Program-made: the position numbers and the translations under genes | From: Armatimonadota bacterium | Lineage (GTDB): Bacteria > Armatimonadota > DTGP01 > JAKQQT01 | Assembly: GCA_036504855.1 (NCBI GenBank) | Contig: DASXUL010000039.1 | Location: forward strand, 15,582 to 79,581 | Direction of reading: 5' to 3' | DNA length: 64,000 nt | Part shown: in pieces, positions 1-8,183 of the stretch | How the letters are laid out: every line of letters begins with the position of its first letter | How positions within the stretch are numbered: position 1 is the stretch's first letter | Notes under the pieces: generated by a model | What the model saw: the letters and a program-made list of their open reading frames with translations, nothing else | What the model was told of the DNA's origin: nothing | Databases searched by the model: none

Positions 1-1677
1 ACCGCCAACACGGAGTTCGTGGAGCTGTACAATCGAACCAGCGCGGAGATCGATCTGGCCGGCTACCGGCTCGTGTACCGCTCGGCGGCCGGGACGACCG
101 ACACCACGCTCTGCACGTTCGGCCCGGTCTCCATCCGTGCGGGGCGCACCTACCTGGTTGCCACCGCCGATTACTCCGGGCCAAAAGACGCGGGGATGAC
201 GGCGGGGCTGGCCGGCGGCGGCGGCTCGGTGGCCCTGAAAGACGCCGGCGGGACGGTGCGCGATGCCGTGGGTTGGGGCGCCGTCGATAACGACTATGTA
301 GAGATCTCGCCGGCGCTGGCCCCGGCGGCCGGACAGAGCATCGAACGCACTCCGGACGGGCAGGACACGAATGTGAACGCGGCGGATTTCCGCCTGCGAG
401 CATCGCCAACGCCGGTTCCGGGGGCGGTGCAGCCCGTCGTCGCCGGCGTGGCGTTCAGCCCGGCCGCCGTCGATCCGGGCGGATCAACAACTCTGACGGC
501 CACGGTGACGCCCGGCGGTTCCGCCGTAGTCTCCGTCGTGGCCGATCTCACGGCCGTGGGCCTGGCATATGAGGAGCCGCTGACTCGCGGCGCGGGCGGC
601 GCGTGGATGAGGACTCTGAGCGTTTCCGCGCTGACCACGCCGGGGGCTAAGAACGTGTTGGTTACCGCCGCGGACGCGGACGGCCTGGAGGCGTCTCGGG
701 CCGGCGTCCTGAGCGTGAATGCGCCGCCCCCGCCGCCCGTGAAGGTGAACGAGGTGAAAACCGGCGGCGGCGCGTCCGCGGCGGACGAGTTCGTCGAGGT
801 CTACAACCCATCTCTGGAGGATGCCAATCTGAACGGATGGAGCCTCGTCTACCGCGCGGCAGCCAGCTCGGCCGAGACCGCGCTTGTCTCCTTCGGGGCT
901 GCGACGCTGAAGGCCGGGGGATATCTGGTGTTCGGAGGGACGGCGTTCGCGGGGGCGAAGGACGGGGCTTTGGCGGGCAGCCTCACATCGGAGGGCGGGG
1001 CCGTGGGGCTGCGCGATCCGTATGGACGCGTGGTGGATTCGGTGGGATATGGGACGGCGACGAACGCGTTAGTGGAGGGGAAGCCGGCGGCCGCCCCGGC
1101 GGTGGGCCAGAGCATAGAGCGGAACCCGGCCGGGCATGACTCCGGAGACAACTCCGCCGATTTCCGCGTCTGCGCGCAGCCCACGCCGATGCCTCTGACG
1201 GCGTGTCCGTGGGTGTCCGGAGTGACCTTCGCGCCGAACCCCGCAGCGGCGGGTGGGGCCGCCACGGTGAGCGCGTTGGCCTCGCCGGGCTCGGCGGACA
1301 TCGCGGCTGTCGAGGCGGACCTGTCATCCCTGGGGCTCTCATCCGCCGTGCCGATGGCGAAGGCGGGGGCATTGTGGAGCGCCTCGTTCACGGCGCCGGC
1401 GGGAGCGGCAACCGGGAGCCATACAGCCAGTGTGAAGGCGACGGATGCGGCGGGACACTGGGCGTGCGCGTGGGGGGTACTGAGCATTGCGAACGGCACG
1501 GCGAAGGGCGATGCGAACGGAGATGGCAGAATTGACGCGGCGGACGCCGTTCTGGCTTTGCAGTTGGCGGGCGGGCTGGCCTCGCGGGGCGGTGCGGACG
1601 TGTCGGGTGACGGGCGCGCGAGCGTGGAAGATGCGTTGCGGATCCTGCGCGCGGCCCGTAACGGGTCGCCGCTTTGA
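1..1677 (+). CDS. Secreted lamin-tail-domain (LTD) protein with C-terminal dockerin-like Ca-binding repeats; 5' end truncated by the window edge
   Basis: The frame is open from nt 1 (TANTEFVELYN...). Two LTD signatures are present (EFVELYN...DLAGYRL and EFVEVYNPSLEDANLNGWSL). The C-terminus carries two dockerin-type repeats (DANGDGRIDAADAVLALQLAGG and ADVSGDGRASVEDALRILRAA). Confidence 0.75.
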   Translation, partial: TANTEFVELYNRTSAEIDLAGYRLVYRSAAGTTDTTLCTFGPVSIRAGRTYLVATADYSGPKDAGMTAGLAGGGGSVALKDAGGTVRDAVGWGAVDNDYVEISPALAPAAGQSIERTPDGQDTNVNAADFRLRASPTPVPGAVQPVVAGVAFSPAAVDPGGSTTLTATVTPGGSAVVSVVADLTAVGLAYEEPLTRGAGGAWMRTLSVSALTTPGAKNVLVTAADADGLEASRAGVLSVNAPPPPPVKVNEVKTGGGASAADEFVEVYNPSLEDANLNGWSLVYRAAASSAETALVSFGAATLKAGGYLVFGGTAFAGAKDGALAGSLTSEGGAVGLRDPYGRVVDSVGYGTATNALVEGKPAAAPAVGQSIERNPAGHDSGDNSADFRVCAQPTPMPLTACPWVSGVTFAPNPAAAGGAATVSALASPGSADIAAVEADLSSLGLSSAVPMAKAGALWSASFTAPAGAATGSHTASVKATDAAGHWACAWGVLSIANGTAKGDANGDGRIDAADAVLALQLAGGLASRGGADVSGDGRASVEDALRILRAARNGSPL

Positions 1678-1965
1678 CAGCCAGCCGCTTGCCCGCTCAT
1701 GTAGGAAAAGGGAGGGCGACGGTGTATAAGGAATTACGGATATGATGTCGTGAGAAGCTGAGACGCCTTTCCACCTCTGTCTTCTGCTTCCGCGGCGCGT
1801 GTTGACGCGTTTCAAGCGCGTTTTCGGTTTGTTCGCCACGCCGCGCTCCGGCTACTGGGGGGCAGGAGCGCTGTCGTCGCCCAACCCCGGCGTTGGTGTT
1901 CCTTGCCGCGGTCCGCCCCTGGACCGCCCTGTTGCGAGACGTTTCGAATCGAAAGAGGAACAAGC

Positions 1966-4900
1966 ATGATCCTTCCATTCCGCATCCCCCGTTGGGCCGC
2001 CCCGGCAGCGCTGGGCCTGGCCCTCGCGGCGCCGTCATGGGCCGCCATTTCCGTTACGGATGTGTCCATCAGTCCGGGGACCGGCGGCGACATCTTCCTA
2101 AAATATCGCCTCAATGAGGCGGCCTCCAGCGTGTCCATCAACCTGAGCGGCGGCTCGTCCGTCACCGGCGCCACGGCGAAGGGACTGAACACCGTCACCC
2201 TGACGCACGCGGTGGCTGGGCAGACGGCCACGATCACCGCGACGGCGCCGGCCGAAGCGGGCGGCGCGGCAGGCGCCGTTCTGGTTGTCCCGGTGACCAC
2301 TCCGGACAACCGGGCGACGCCCTCATCCACCAACCTCGTCGGCGTGGATGTGAACAAGCGCATCAACTCCGCCGGGAACGTTTACGGCGCCGCCCTGGGG
2401 CATATCTACCTCCCAACCGGGTTCAACCAGGCCGGACAGAAATACTGCTGGGTGTACGCCTCTGACGGCACGATGCTGTTCAACAAGAACCTGGGCGATG
2501 TGGCTACAAGCGGCTCGTGGCCGTACGGTATGGCCGTGGCCCAGGGCGATCCGAATGACCACGTTGTTATCCATAACCGCTCTCTTGCTAAGAACTGCGT
2601 TTTCAACGCGGACCTGAGCCTCACATTCGCCGCCCCGTACAACTACACGAACGGGGTGCCCGGCATGTGCATCACCCCGAACCCCTCGGATGCGACCCTG
2701 AAATTCAATATCTGGCAGGCGGGTCCCAAGGACAAGGGTGTCCGCCGCACGAAGGCCGATCTCGCAACCGCGGCCGGATTCGACTACAACACGACCACCT
2801 TCGCCATTGAGGCCGGCAACGATGGCGAGAACGTGCATGACATCGCCGTGGACCTGACGAACGCCGTGATGTTCAAGGCGCAGGTGACCGACGGCGGCGT
2901 CGGCGCCCTCAGCACCGGCGGCGTGAACAAGTGGACCTCGGCGGACGCCGGGGACAACTGGACCGAAGACACCACGTGGTTGACGGCCTTCCTCAATAAC
3001 GTAACGGCGGACCTTGCCGCCGCGGGCAGCGCGCTGACCACGGCAGACCTCGTCGGCGGCGGCGTGGGGTTGGCTCCCGGCTTCAACGCGGCGAACATGT
3101 CGAACTCCAGCGCATGGGTTGCGGTTTCCAGCAGCCTTGCCGTTCCGTTCTTCAACCGCATCTACCGCGTGAACGCGGCCACCGCCGCCATTGAACAGAC
3201 GATCGACGTGCAGCAGATCCCGACGCCGACCGGTGGTGTGGCCATTGCCGGCAAGTCCGTCCGCTTCGTAGAGGCGGATGCTGTCGGGAACCTCTGCATC
3301 GGCCTGAACGCCGCGGCGGCAATGACCGGTCAGTCTTCGCGTTACTTCGCCGTGTTGGGGCCCAACCAGACCGGCGCGAACAGCGCCAGCGTGGGCGGCA
3401 TCTTCATCTCCGCTCCTCCGCAGATCAGCGTCTCGGTGGACAAGAACGTCGTGGCAAACACCGGCGCGATCACGGTGAATTTCACGGCGCAGGTGACGGA
3501 CACCTCCGGCATCGTGGCGGACAACGCCCAGGTGACGGCGGACCTCTCCGCCATCAAGGGGCCGCCCTCGGCGACCCTCGTGCGCGGCGCCGTGTCGGCT
3601 GACGGCTTCTCGGCACCTTACACAGTCTCCTACCTCGTTCCGAAGGACGTGGACCTCTCCAACTCCGGTTCGTTCGACCTCCCGTTCACGTTGGCCACAA
3701 CCTCCACGCCGTCCACGGTGGCCCGCGTCACCGTGGCAGTCTACAGCGCTTATACTCCGGCGTGGTCGCTGACCACCGATGGCGCGGTGAACTCCTCGCC
3801 GGTAACCAACGGCGTGTACGCCTACTTCGGCGATGACGCCGGCAAGGTGTATGAAGTAAACACCGCAACCGGCGCCCTGGTGAGCGCGTTCGGCGCTGGC
3901 GGGGCGGTTACGCTGCCCGAGCCGGTGAAGGGCAAGCTGGCCTACGATGCCGGCAAGCTGTACGTGGCCACCTCGGGGCACGTCTACGTGCTGAACGGCG
4001 GAACCGGGTCCATCCTGGCCTCCCCGGCAGTTGCCGGCGTTTCGTCGCTGGCGGTTAGCCCGCTGATTCCGAATGCGGTGTTCGCGGCGGCCGGCAACAC
4101 GATTGTGAAGCTGAACGCCACAACGGGCGCGCAGCTTGCCGCCACGCCGGATCTCGGCGCGGCCGTGAACCGCGTTAGCCTCATCCCGAGCTCCGCCAAC
4201 GACGCCACGCAGGCCCCAGCGGTTGCCCTGGTTGTGACCGGCACGGAAGGTGACTCCACGGGCAAGAACGGCAAGATCGTGATTGCCTCGGCCGGCAACC
4301 TTGGCGCCGTGTTCAGCGACGCCAACAGCGTTCCCACCCTCACCCCGTTCACCGATGCCAACGGCCCGGTTCGCTCGCAGGCGACCTTCGGCAACGACGG
4401 CACGATCAACTTCTTCGCCATCGGCGGCGCCTCCGGCCTCTGGGCCGTGAACGCGGATGCCGGGACACTGCTGGAGTGGGTCGCCAACTCGGGCGGCGGC
4501 GCCAACAACGGCGGCAACCCCTACACTCCGGGCAGCCCGGTAGACGCCGATCCCGTTGTGCCCATCGTGGGCGACGGCTCGTTTGGGCGGGAGGACACCC
4601 GGTTCGCCTTCGCCACGGCGGGCAGCGCCTCGCAGGGCGGCCAGCTCAACGTCCTGACCAGCAGCGTCGGTGAGCGCGCCTCCTACGGCGGCTACCCGGT
4701 TCCGCTTACCCCGATCGGATCCGGTTTCGCGGCCGGCGCCGGGCTGTTCGCCGTCAACACGGCGGACGGACCTCGCGTCATTTACCTCGGCAGCGATGCC
4801 GTGGACAAGCGGTTCTTCGCGGTGGAAACCGAACCCGACGACATCTCATACAGCGCCACCGCCGACAAGAAGCATATCTTCGACCCGAAGGACACGCTCG

Positions 4901-5508
4901 CCTTCCCAGGCGCCGCGGCCGGCGCCTTCAACAGCGCGCCCGCGCTGTCTGGCGATAAGGTTGTGGTCGGCTCCGCCGCCCGCCGCGTCTACGGGTTCGC
5001 CTCCCTCACCGCCGTCCAGCCGTGGGTTACCAGCGTTACCCCGGCCAACGGCTCCGCCAGCGCCACGGCTCCGGCCAGCATCACCCTGACGTTCAGCGGC
5101 GACATCAGCACCTCTCCGATCGATTCCTCCACAGTGAAGTTGCTGGACAGCGCCGGCGCCGCGGTGGACGCGTCTCCGGCCCTTGGGGCTGACCTCAAGA
5201 GCATCGTCATCACGCCGGCGAGCCCGCTCTCGCTGAACAAGACCTATACCGTGGTGGTGGACGCCACCGTGTCGCAACCGTTCTCCTCTTCGTTCGCCAC
5301 GGCTCTGCCCGCGGTGGTGAAGGGCGACGTTAATGGCGACGGCCAGTTCAACGCCCAGGACGTGAAGGACGCCCTGAAGATGGCCAGCGGCCTTCTGCCC
5401 GCCACCGACAAGGCCATCACTGCTCTCAACAAGACCAAGCCGTACAGCATCACGGTTGGAGACGCCGTCTTCATGGACCGCGTGCTGGGCGGAAAGGCCT
5501 CCTTCTAG
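1966..5508 (+). CDS. Large secreted cell-surface protein (about 1180 aa) with a signal peptide, PQQ/BamB-like beta-propeller repeats, an Ig-like (Big/SbsA-type) domain and a C-terminal dockerin-like repeat
   Basis: I chose the ATG at 1966 inside the longer ORF because it is preceded by gaaagaggaa (an RBS) and starts the signal peptide MILPFRIPRWAAPAALGLALAAPSWA. Repeated GxxYxxxxxGxVYxxNxxTGxxL motifs indicate a beta-propeller. The C-terminus has DVNGDGQFNAQDVKDALKMASGLL. The 552-aa antisense ORF 2323..3981 was rejected. Confidence 0.8.
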   Translation: MILPFRIPRWAAPAALGLALAAPSWAAISVTDVSISPGTGGDIFLKYRLNEAASSVSINLSGGSSVTGATAKGLNTVTLTHAVAGQTATITATAPAEAGGAAGAVLVVPVTTPDNRATPSSTNLVGVDVNKRINSAGNVYGAALGHIYLPTGFNQAGQKYCWVYASDGTMLFNKNLGDVATSGSWPYGMAVAQGDPNDHVVIHNRSLAKNCVFNADLSLTFAAPYNYTNGVPGMCITPNPSDATLKFNIWQAGPKDKGVRRTKADLATAAGFDYNTTTFAIEAGNDGENVHDIAVDLTNAVMFKAQVTDGGVGALSTGGVNKWTSADAGDNWTEDTTWLTAFLNNVTADLAAAGSALTTADLVGGGVGLAPGFNAANMSNSSAWVAVSSSLAVPFFNRIYRVNAATAAIEQTIDVQQIPTPTGGVAIAGKSVRFVEADAVGNLCIGLNAAAAMTGQSSRYFAVLGPNQTGANSASVGGIFISAPPQISVSVDKNVVANTGAITVNFTAQVTDTSGIVADNAQVTADLSAIKGPPSATLVRGAVSADGFSAPYTVSYLVPKDVDLSNSGSFDLPFTLATTSTPSTVARVTVAVYSAYTPAWSLTTDGAVNSSPVTNGVYAYFGDDAGKVYEVNTATGALVSAFGAGGAVTLPEPVKGKLAYDAGKLYVATSGHVYVLNGGTGSILASPAVAGVSSLAVSPLIPNAVFAAAGNTIVKLNATTGAQLAATPDLGAAVNRVSLIPSSANDATQAPAVALVVTGTEGDSTGKNGKIVIASAGNLGAVFSDANSVPTLTPFTDANGPVRSQATFGNDGTINFFAIGGASGLWAVNADAGTLLEWVANSGGGANNGGNPYTPGSPVDADPVVPIVGDGSFGREDTRFAFATAGSASQGGQLNVLTSSVGERASYGGYPVPLTPIGSGFAAGAGLFAVNTADGPRVIYLGSDAVDKRFFAVETEPDDISYSATADKKHIFDPKDTLAFPGAAAGAFNSAPALSGDKVVVGSAARRVYGFASLTAVQPWVTSVTPANGSASATAPASITLTFSGDISTSPIDSSTVKLLDSAGAAVDASPALGADLKSIVITPASPLSLNKTYTVVVDATVSQPFSSSFATALPAVVKGDVNGDGQFNAQDVKDALKMASGLLPATDKAITALNKTKPYSITVGDAVFMDRVLGGKASF

Positions 5509-5513
5509 ACGAG

Positions 5514-5658
5514 TAGCTGTCAGCTATCAGCTATCAGCGATCAGCTATCAGCGATCAGCCGAACACCCCGCCCATGAGGAAACCATCCTCACGGGCGGGG
5601 TGTTCGGCTGAATGCTGAATGCTGAATGCTGAATGCTGAATGCTGATAGCTGACAGCT
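5514..5658. repeat. Intergenic palindromic element A. It has perfect 17-bp terminal inverted repeats, inner 7-bp tandem units (CAGCTAT/CAGCGAT on the left, GCTGAAT x4 on the right) and a central 15-bp-stem hairpin
   Basis: agctgtcagctatcagc (5514-5530) is the exact reverse complement of gctgatagctgacagct (5642-5658). The central stem ccgaacaccccgccc / gggcggggtgttcgg spans 5559-5607. The element lies between convergent genes, and the MFS stop codon (cta at 5657-5659) sits inside the right terminal repeat. Confidence 0.7.
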
Positions 5659-6868
5659 ATTCCCTCAGCGTTCCCAGGTTGCGGAGTTCGGGCCAGAGGC
5701 AGGCCACGGCGGCGACCACCAGGATGCTGCCCACGCCGCCCGCCACCACGGAGGCGACAGGGCCGAAGAGCTGGGCCACGGCGCCGCTCTCGAAGCCGCC
5801 GAGCTGGTTGCTGGCGCCGACGAAGAGGCTGTTTACCGCGCTCACCCGGCCGCGCAGATGGTCCGGCGTCCGTAACTGCACCAGTGACTGCCGCACGATG
5901 ACGCTGATGTTGTCCACGGCGCCCAGCAGGAAGAGCATCGACATCGAGAGCCAGAACGAACGCGAGAGGCCGAAAACCACGGTGACGACGCCAAACCCGG
6001 CCACGGCGAGGATCAGGGTGCGTCCTGCCCGGCGCATCGGAGGCCGGTGGGCCACCGAAACCGCCATCAGGGCCGCGCCCACGCTGGGGGCGGCCCGGAG
6101 CCAGCCCAACCCGCTGGGACCAACGTGCAGGATGTCTTTCGCGTAGATCGGCAGCAGGGTTGCGGCGCCCCCCAGCAGGACCGCGAACATATCCAGCGTT
6201 ATCGAGGCCAGAATGATGCGCGTCTGCAGAACGAAGCGCAAACCGGCCAGCAGCGTGCGCCAGTTCACTTCCTCGCGCTTTCGAGCGGCGGCCACGGTTC
6301 GAAGCGCCCACACGAAACCGAAGTGCCACAGCGCGAAGGCGGCGGCCACCCAGTAAACCGGCGCGGCCGCCTTCGCCACCCCGATGAGCAGCCCGCCGAG
6401 CGCCGGGCCCGCCACGCTGCCGATCTGGAAGATGCTGCTGTTCCAGGTGACGGCGTTGCTGAAATCGCGCTCCGGCACGAGTTGGGGCAGCAAGGAGGAC
6501 ACAGCCGGGTTACGGATGGCCCTCGACGTGGCGCCCACGAAGAGAAGGGCATAGTAGGCGGCCACAGGGCCGTGGGCGTGGGAGATCGCCGCCAGCGCCA
6601 GGGAGCAGAGCACGGCTATGGCCTGGGTGAACAGCACGATGCGACGGCGGTCGAACCGGTCCGCGGCATGTCCGGCCGGGAAGGTGAGAAGGAGGACCGG
6701 GAGGATTTCAACGAGTCCCACCAGGCCGAGGGCCATGGCGGAATGCGTTCGCTCGTAGAGCTCCCAACCCACGGCGACATCCTGCGCTTGCATCCCGATG
6801 ATGGAGAGGATATTGCCCGTGGCATAGCGCCGGAAATTCGCGTGGCGCAACGCTGAGTACGGGTCCAT
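5657..6868 (-). CDS. MFS transporter (enterobactin-exporter EntS-like family)
   Basis: A 403-aa polytopic membrane protein. The N-terminus LRHANFRRYATGNILSIIGMQAQDVAVGWELYERT and the overall pattern of 12 transmembrane segments are typical of the MFS superfamily. Confidence 0.85.
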   Translation of the reverse strand: MDPYSALRHANFRRYATGNILSIIGMQAQDVAVGWELYERTHSAMALGLVGLVEILPVLLLTFPAGHAADRFDRRRIVLFTQAIAVLCSLALAAISHAHGPVAAYYALLFVGATSRAIRNPAVSSLLPQLVPERDFSNAVTWNSSIFQIGSVAGPALGGLLIGVAKAAAPVYWVAAAFALWHFGFVWALRTVAAARKREEVNWRTLLAGLRFVLQTRIILASITLDMFAVLLGGAATLLPIYAKDILHVGPSGLGWLRAAPSVGAALMAVSVAHRPPMRRAGRTLILAVAGFGVVTVVFGLSRSFWLSMSMLFLLGAVDNISVIVRQSLVQLRTPDHLRGRVSAVNSLFVGASNQLGGFESGAVAQLFGPVASVVAGGVGSILVVAAVACLWPELRNLGTLRE

Positions 6869-6883
6869 AGGTGCAGTATGTCG

Positions 6884-7036
6884 TTATGAGTCATCAGTCG
6901 TCAGTCGTCAGTCGTCAGTCGTCAGTCCGGATGCCGTCTGCCGCCGAGAACGCCTCAATCACCGTTCTGGGCATTCGGGCTGATGACTGACGACTGACGA
7001 CTCATGACCGACGACTCATGACCGACGACTGATGGC
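6884..7036. repeat. Intergenic palindromic element B. It consists of a tandem GTCAGTC/GTCATCA 7-mer array, a unique core and an inverted CGACTGA/TGACGAC array
   Basis: gtcatcagtcgtcagtcgtcagtcgtcagtcgtcagtccgg ... gggctgatgactgacgactgacgactcatgaccgacgactcatgaccgacgactgatgg. The right arm extends over the last six codons and the TGA stop of the DUF309 gene (7016-7036). Confidence 0.7.
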
Positions 7037-7363
7037 TATCCCATCCGGCGGGAGGGCCTGCGGAGCCGTTGCCAGCCATGCGCGGATGGGCGGGAGGCAC
7101 AGGCCTTCGTCATCGGCGGGATCGGCGGATTCGAGGTGGGCGAGGGCTCGGGCCCAGAGGACGCGGGCGCCGTACAGGTTGCCGCGAGAGGCGTGGTAAC
7201 AGCCGACGGCGAGCTGTATCAGGCCCTGCATGGTGTGGCTGCGGGTGAGGCGCCAGCGCGGTTCGAGCGCGTCGTGGGCGGCATGATACTCGCCCGCCTG
7301 GAAGAGGTTGAGGAAGAGCGCCACGTCTGGTTCTACGCTTGCCTGGGTTATGTCTTTGGGCAT
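7016..7363 (-). CDS. DUF309-family small protein (115 aa)
   Basis: The C-terminal 115 aa of a 393-aa ORF. The segment starting MPKDITQ contains FLNLFQAGEYHAAHDALEPRW, which is the DUF309 signature (FNxGxYxEAHExLExxW). The start was chosen at the ATG at 7363, and the upstream part of the long ORF was rejected as non-coding. Confidence 0.5.
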   Translation of the reverse strand: MPKDITQASVEPDVALFLNLFQAGEYHAAHDALEPRWRLTRSHTMQGLIQLAVGCYHASRGNLYGARVLWARALAHLESADPADDEGLCLPPIRAWLATAPQALPPDGIAISRRS

Positions 7364-7444
7364 GGTCTGTATTATAATCCGAGTGGCAGGCTCCGTTTCG
7401 GAGCGTGCGAATTTCCCTTTGAGAACCATTGGAGGAAGACAACA

Positions 7445-8035
7445 ATGCGATGGACCCTCGGAGTCGCCGCTCTGGCCACCGTCACCATGTGTTCGGGCTC
7501 GATGGCCCGGGCCGCCGACAGCCTGACCGGCCAGCAGATCGTGATCAAGGGCGGCGTCACGCGCCCCACGGACGGGGATGTTAAGGCCGTCGGCAACGAC
7601 TGGTTCACCTACGGCGCCGAGTATCAGTTCGGCGACCCGGACGCCAAGGCCGTGAACGGCATCGAACTCCTCTACACCAAGAAGAGCGACACGGTGACCA
7701 ACGTGGGCACATTGGGCATCCCGACGGATTACTCGATGTTCTCGCTGATGCTGAACCACAAGATCCGTCGTCCGGATCCGGATGGCACAACGGCCGGAAA
7801 AGTCTTCTTCTACGGCGCCGGAGTGGGCGTGGACTTCATCCGCGTGAAGATGGACGATCCCAACCCGGGCGGCCAGACGATTGATGACAAGTCCACTGTG
7901 CTGGGCGGCAACCTGTTCGCGGGCTACGAGTTTTCCTCCAACGTCCAGTTGGAGTTGAAGTACCAGATCCCCTTCAAGAAGGTGAACGACACCAAGTTCG
8001 ACGGCCTCCAGCTTCTGGCCGGCATTAAGTTCTAG
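7445..8035 (+). CDS. Secreted outer-membrane beta-barrel-like protein (196 aa) with a C-terminal Phe
   Basis: An internal ATG at 7445 is preceded by GGAGG (7428-7432) and begins the signal peptide MRWTLGVAALATVTMCSGSMARA. The protein has alternating amphipathic beta-strands and the terminal ...LLAGIKF typical of outer-membrane beta-barrel proteins. The N-terminal 103 aa of the 299-aa ORF were rejected. Confidence 0.6.
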   Translation: MRWTLGVAALATVTMCSGSMARAADSLTGQQIVIKGGVTRPTDGDVKAVGNDWFTYGAEYQFGDPDAKAVNGIELLYTKKSDTVTNVGTLGIPTDYSMFSLMLNHKIRRPDPDGTTAGKVFFYGAGVGVDFIRVKMDDPNPGGQTIDDKSTVLGGNLFAGYEFSSNVQLELKYQIPFKKVNDTKFDGLQLLAGIKF

Positions 8036-8076
8036 CGCGGCCGCCGGGCAAGTCTGGCGGAGCCGCGCCGGATCGG

Positions 8077-8142
8077 CGAGGGGCCCTCGGGCTCTCGTTT
8101 TCCAAACAGGGAAGCGAGAGCCCGAGGGCCCCTCGTTTCTCC
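8077..8142 (+). terminator. Rho-independent-type terminator hairpin with a perfect 21-bp stem plus a T-rich tail, located between convergent genes
   Basis: cgaggggccctcgggctctcg (8077-8097) pairs with cgagagcccgagggcccctcg (8115-8135) and is followed by tttctcc. Confidence 0.6.
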
Positions 8143-8183
8143 GCCTGCCGGCAGGGTGTATCCCGTTCCGGGCCGGGCGGGCT

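Noticed and set aside
1935-1960. A GTTTCGAATC string resembling a tRNA T-loop (GGTTCGAATCC)
   Set aside because: The flanking sequence cannot form acceptor, D or anticodon stems. It is the RBS region (gaaagaggaa) of the downstream gene.
2323-3981. A 552-aa minus-strand ORF antisense to the large beta-propeller protein gene
   Set aside because: It lies entirely inside a well-supported plus-strand gene. Its translation is Arg/Gly/His-rich low-complexity sequence typical of antisense frames in high-GC DNA, and it has no RBS or domain motif.
5514-5658. Possible CRISPR array, given the short tandem repeats
   Set aside because: The units are only 7 bp, with no unique spacers and mirror-image organisation. 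There are no cas genes, so this is not CRISPR.
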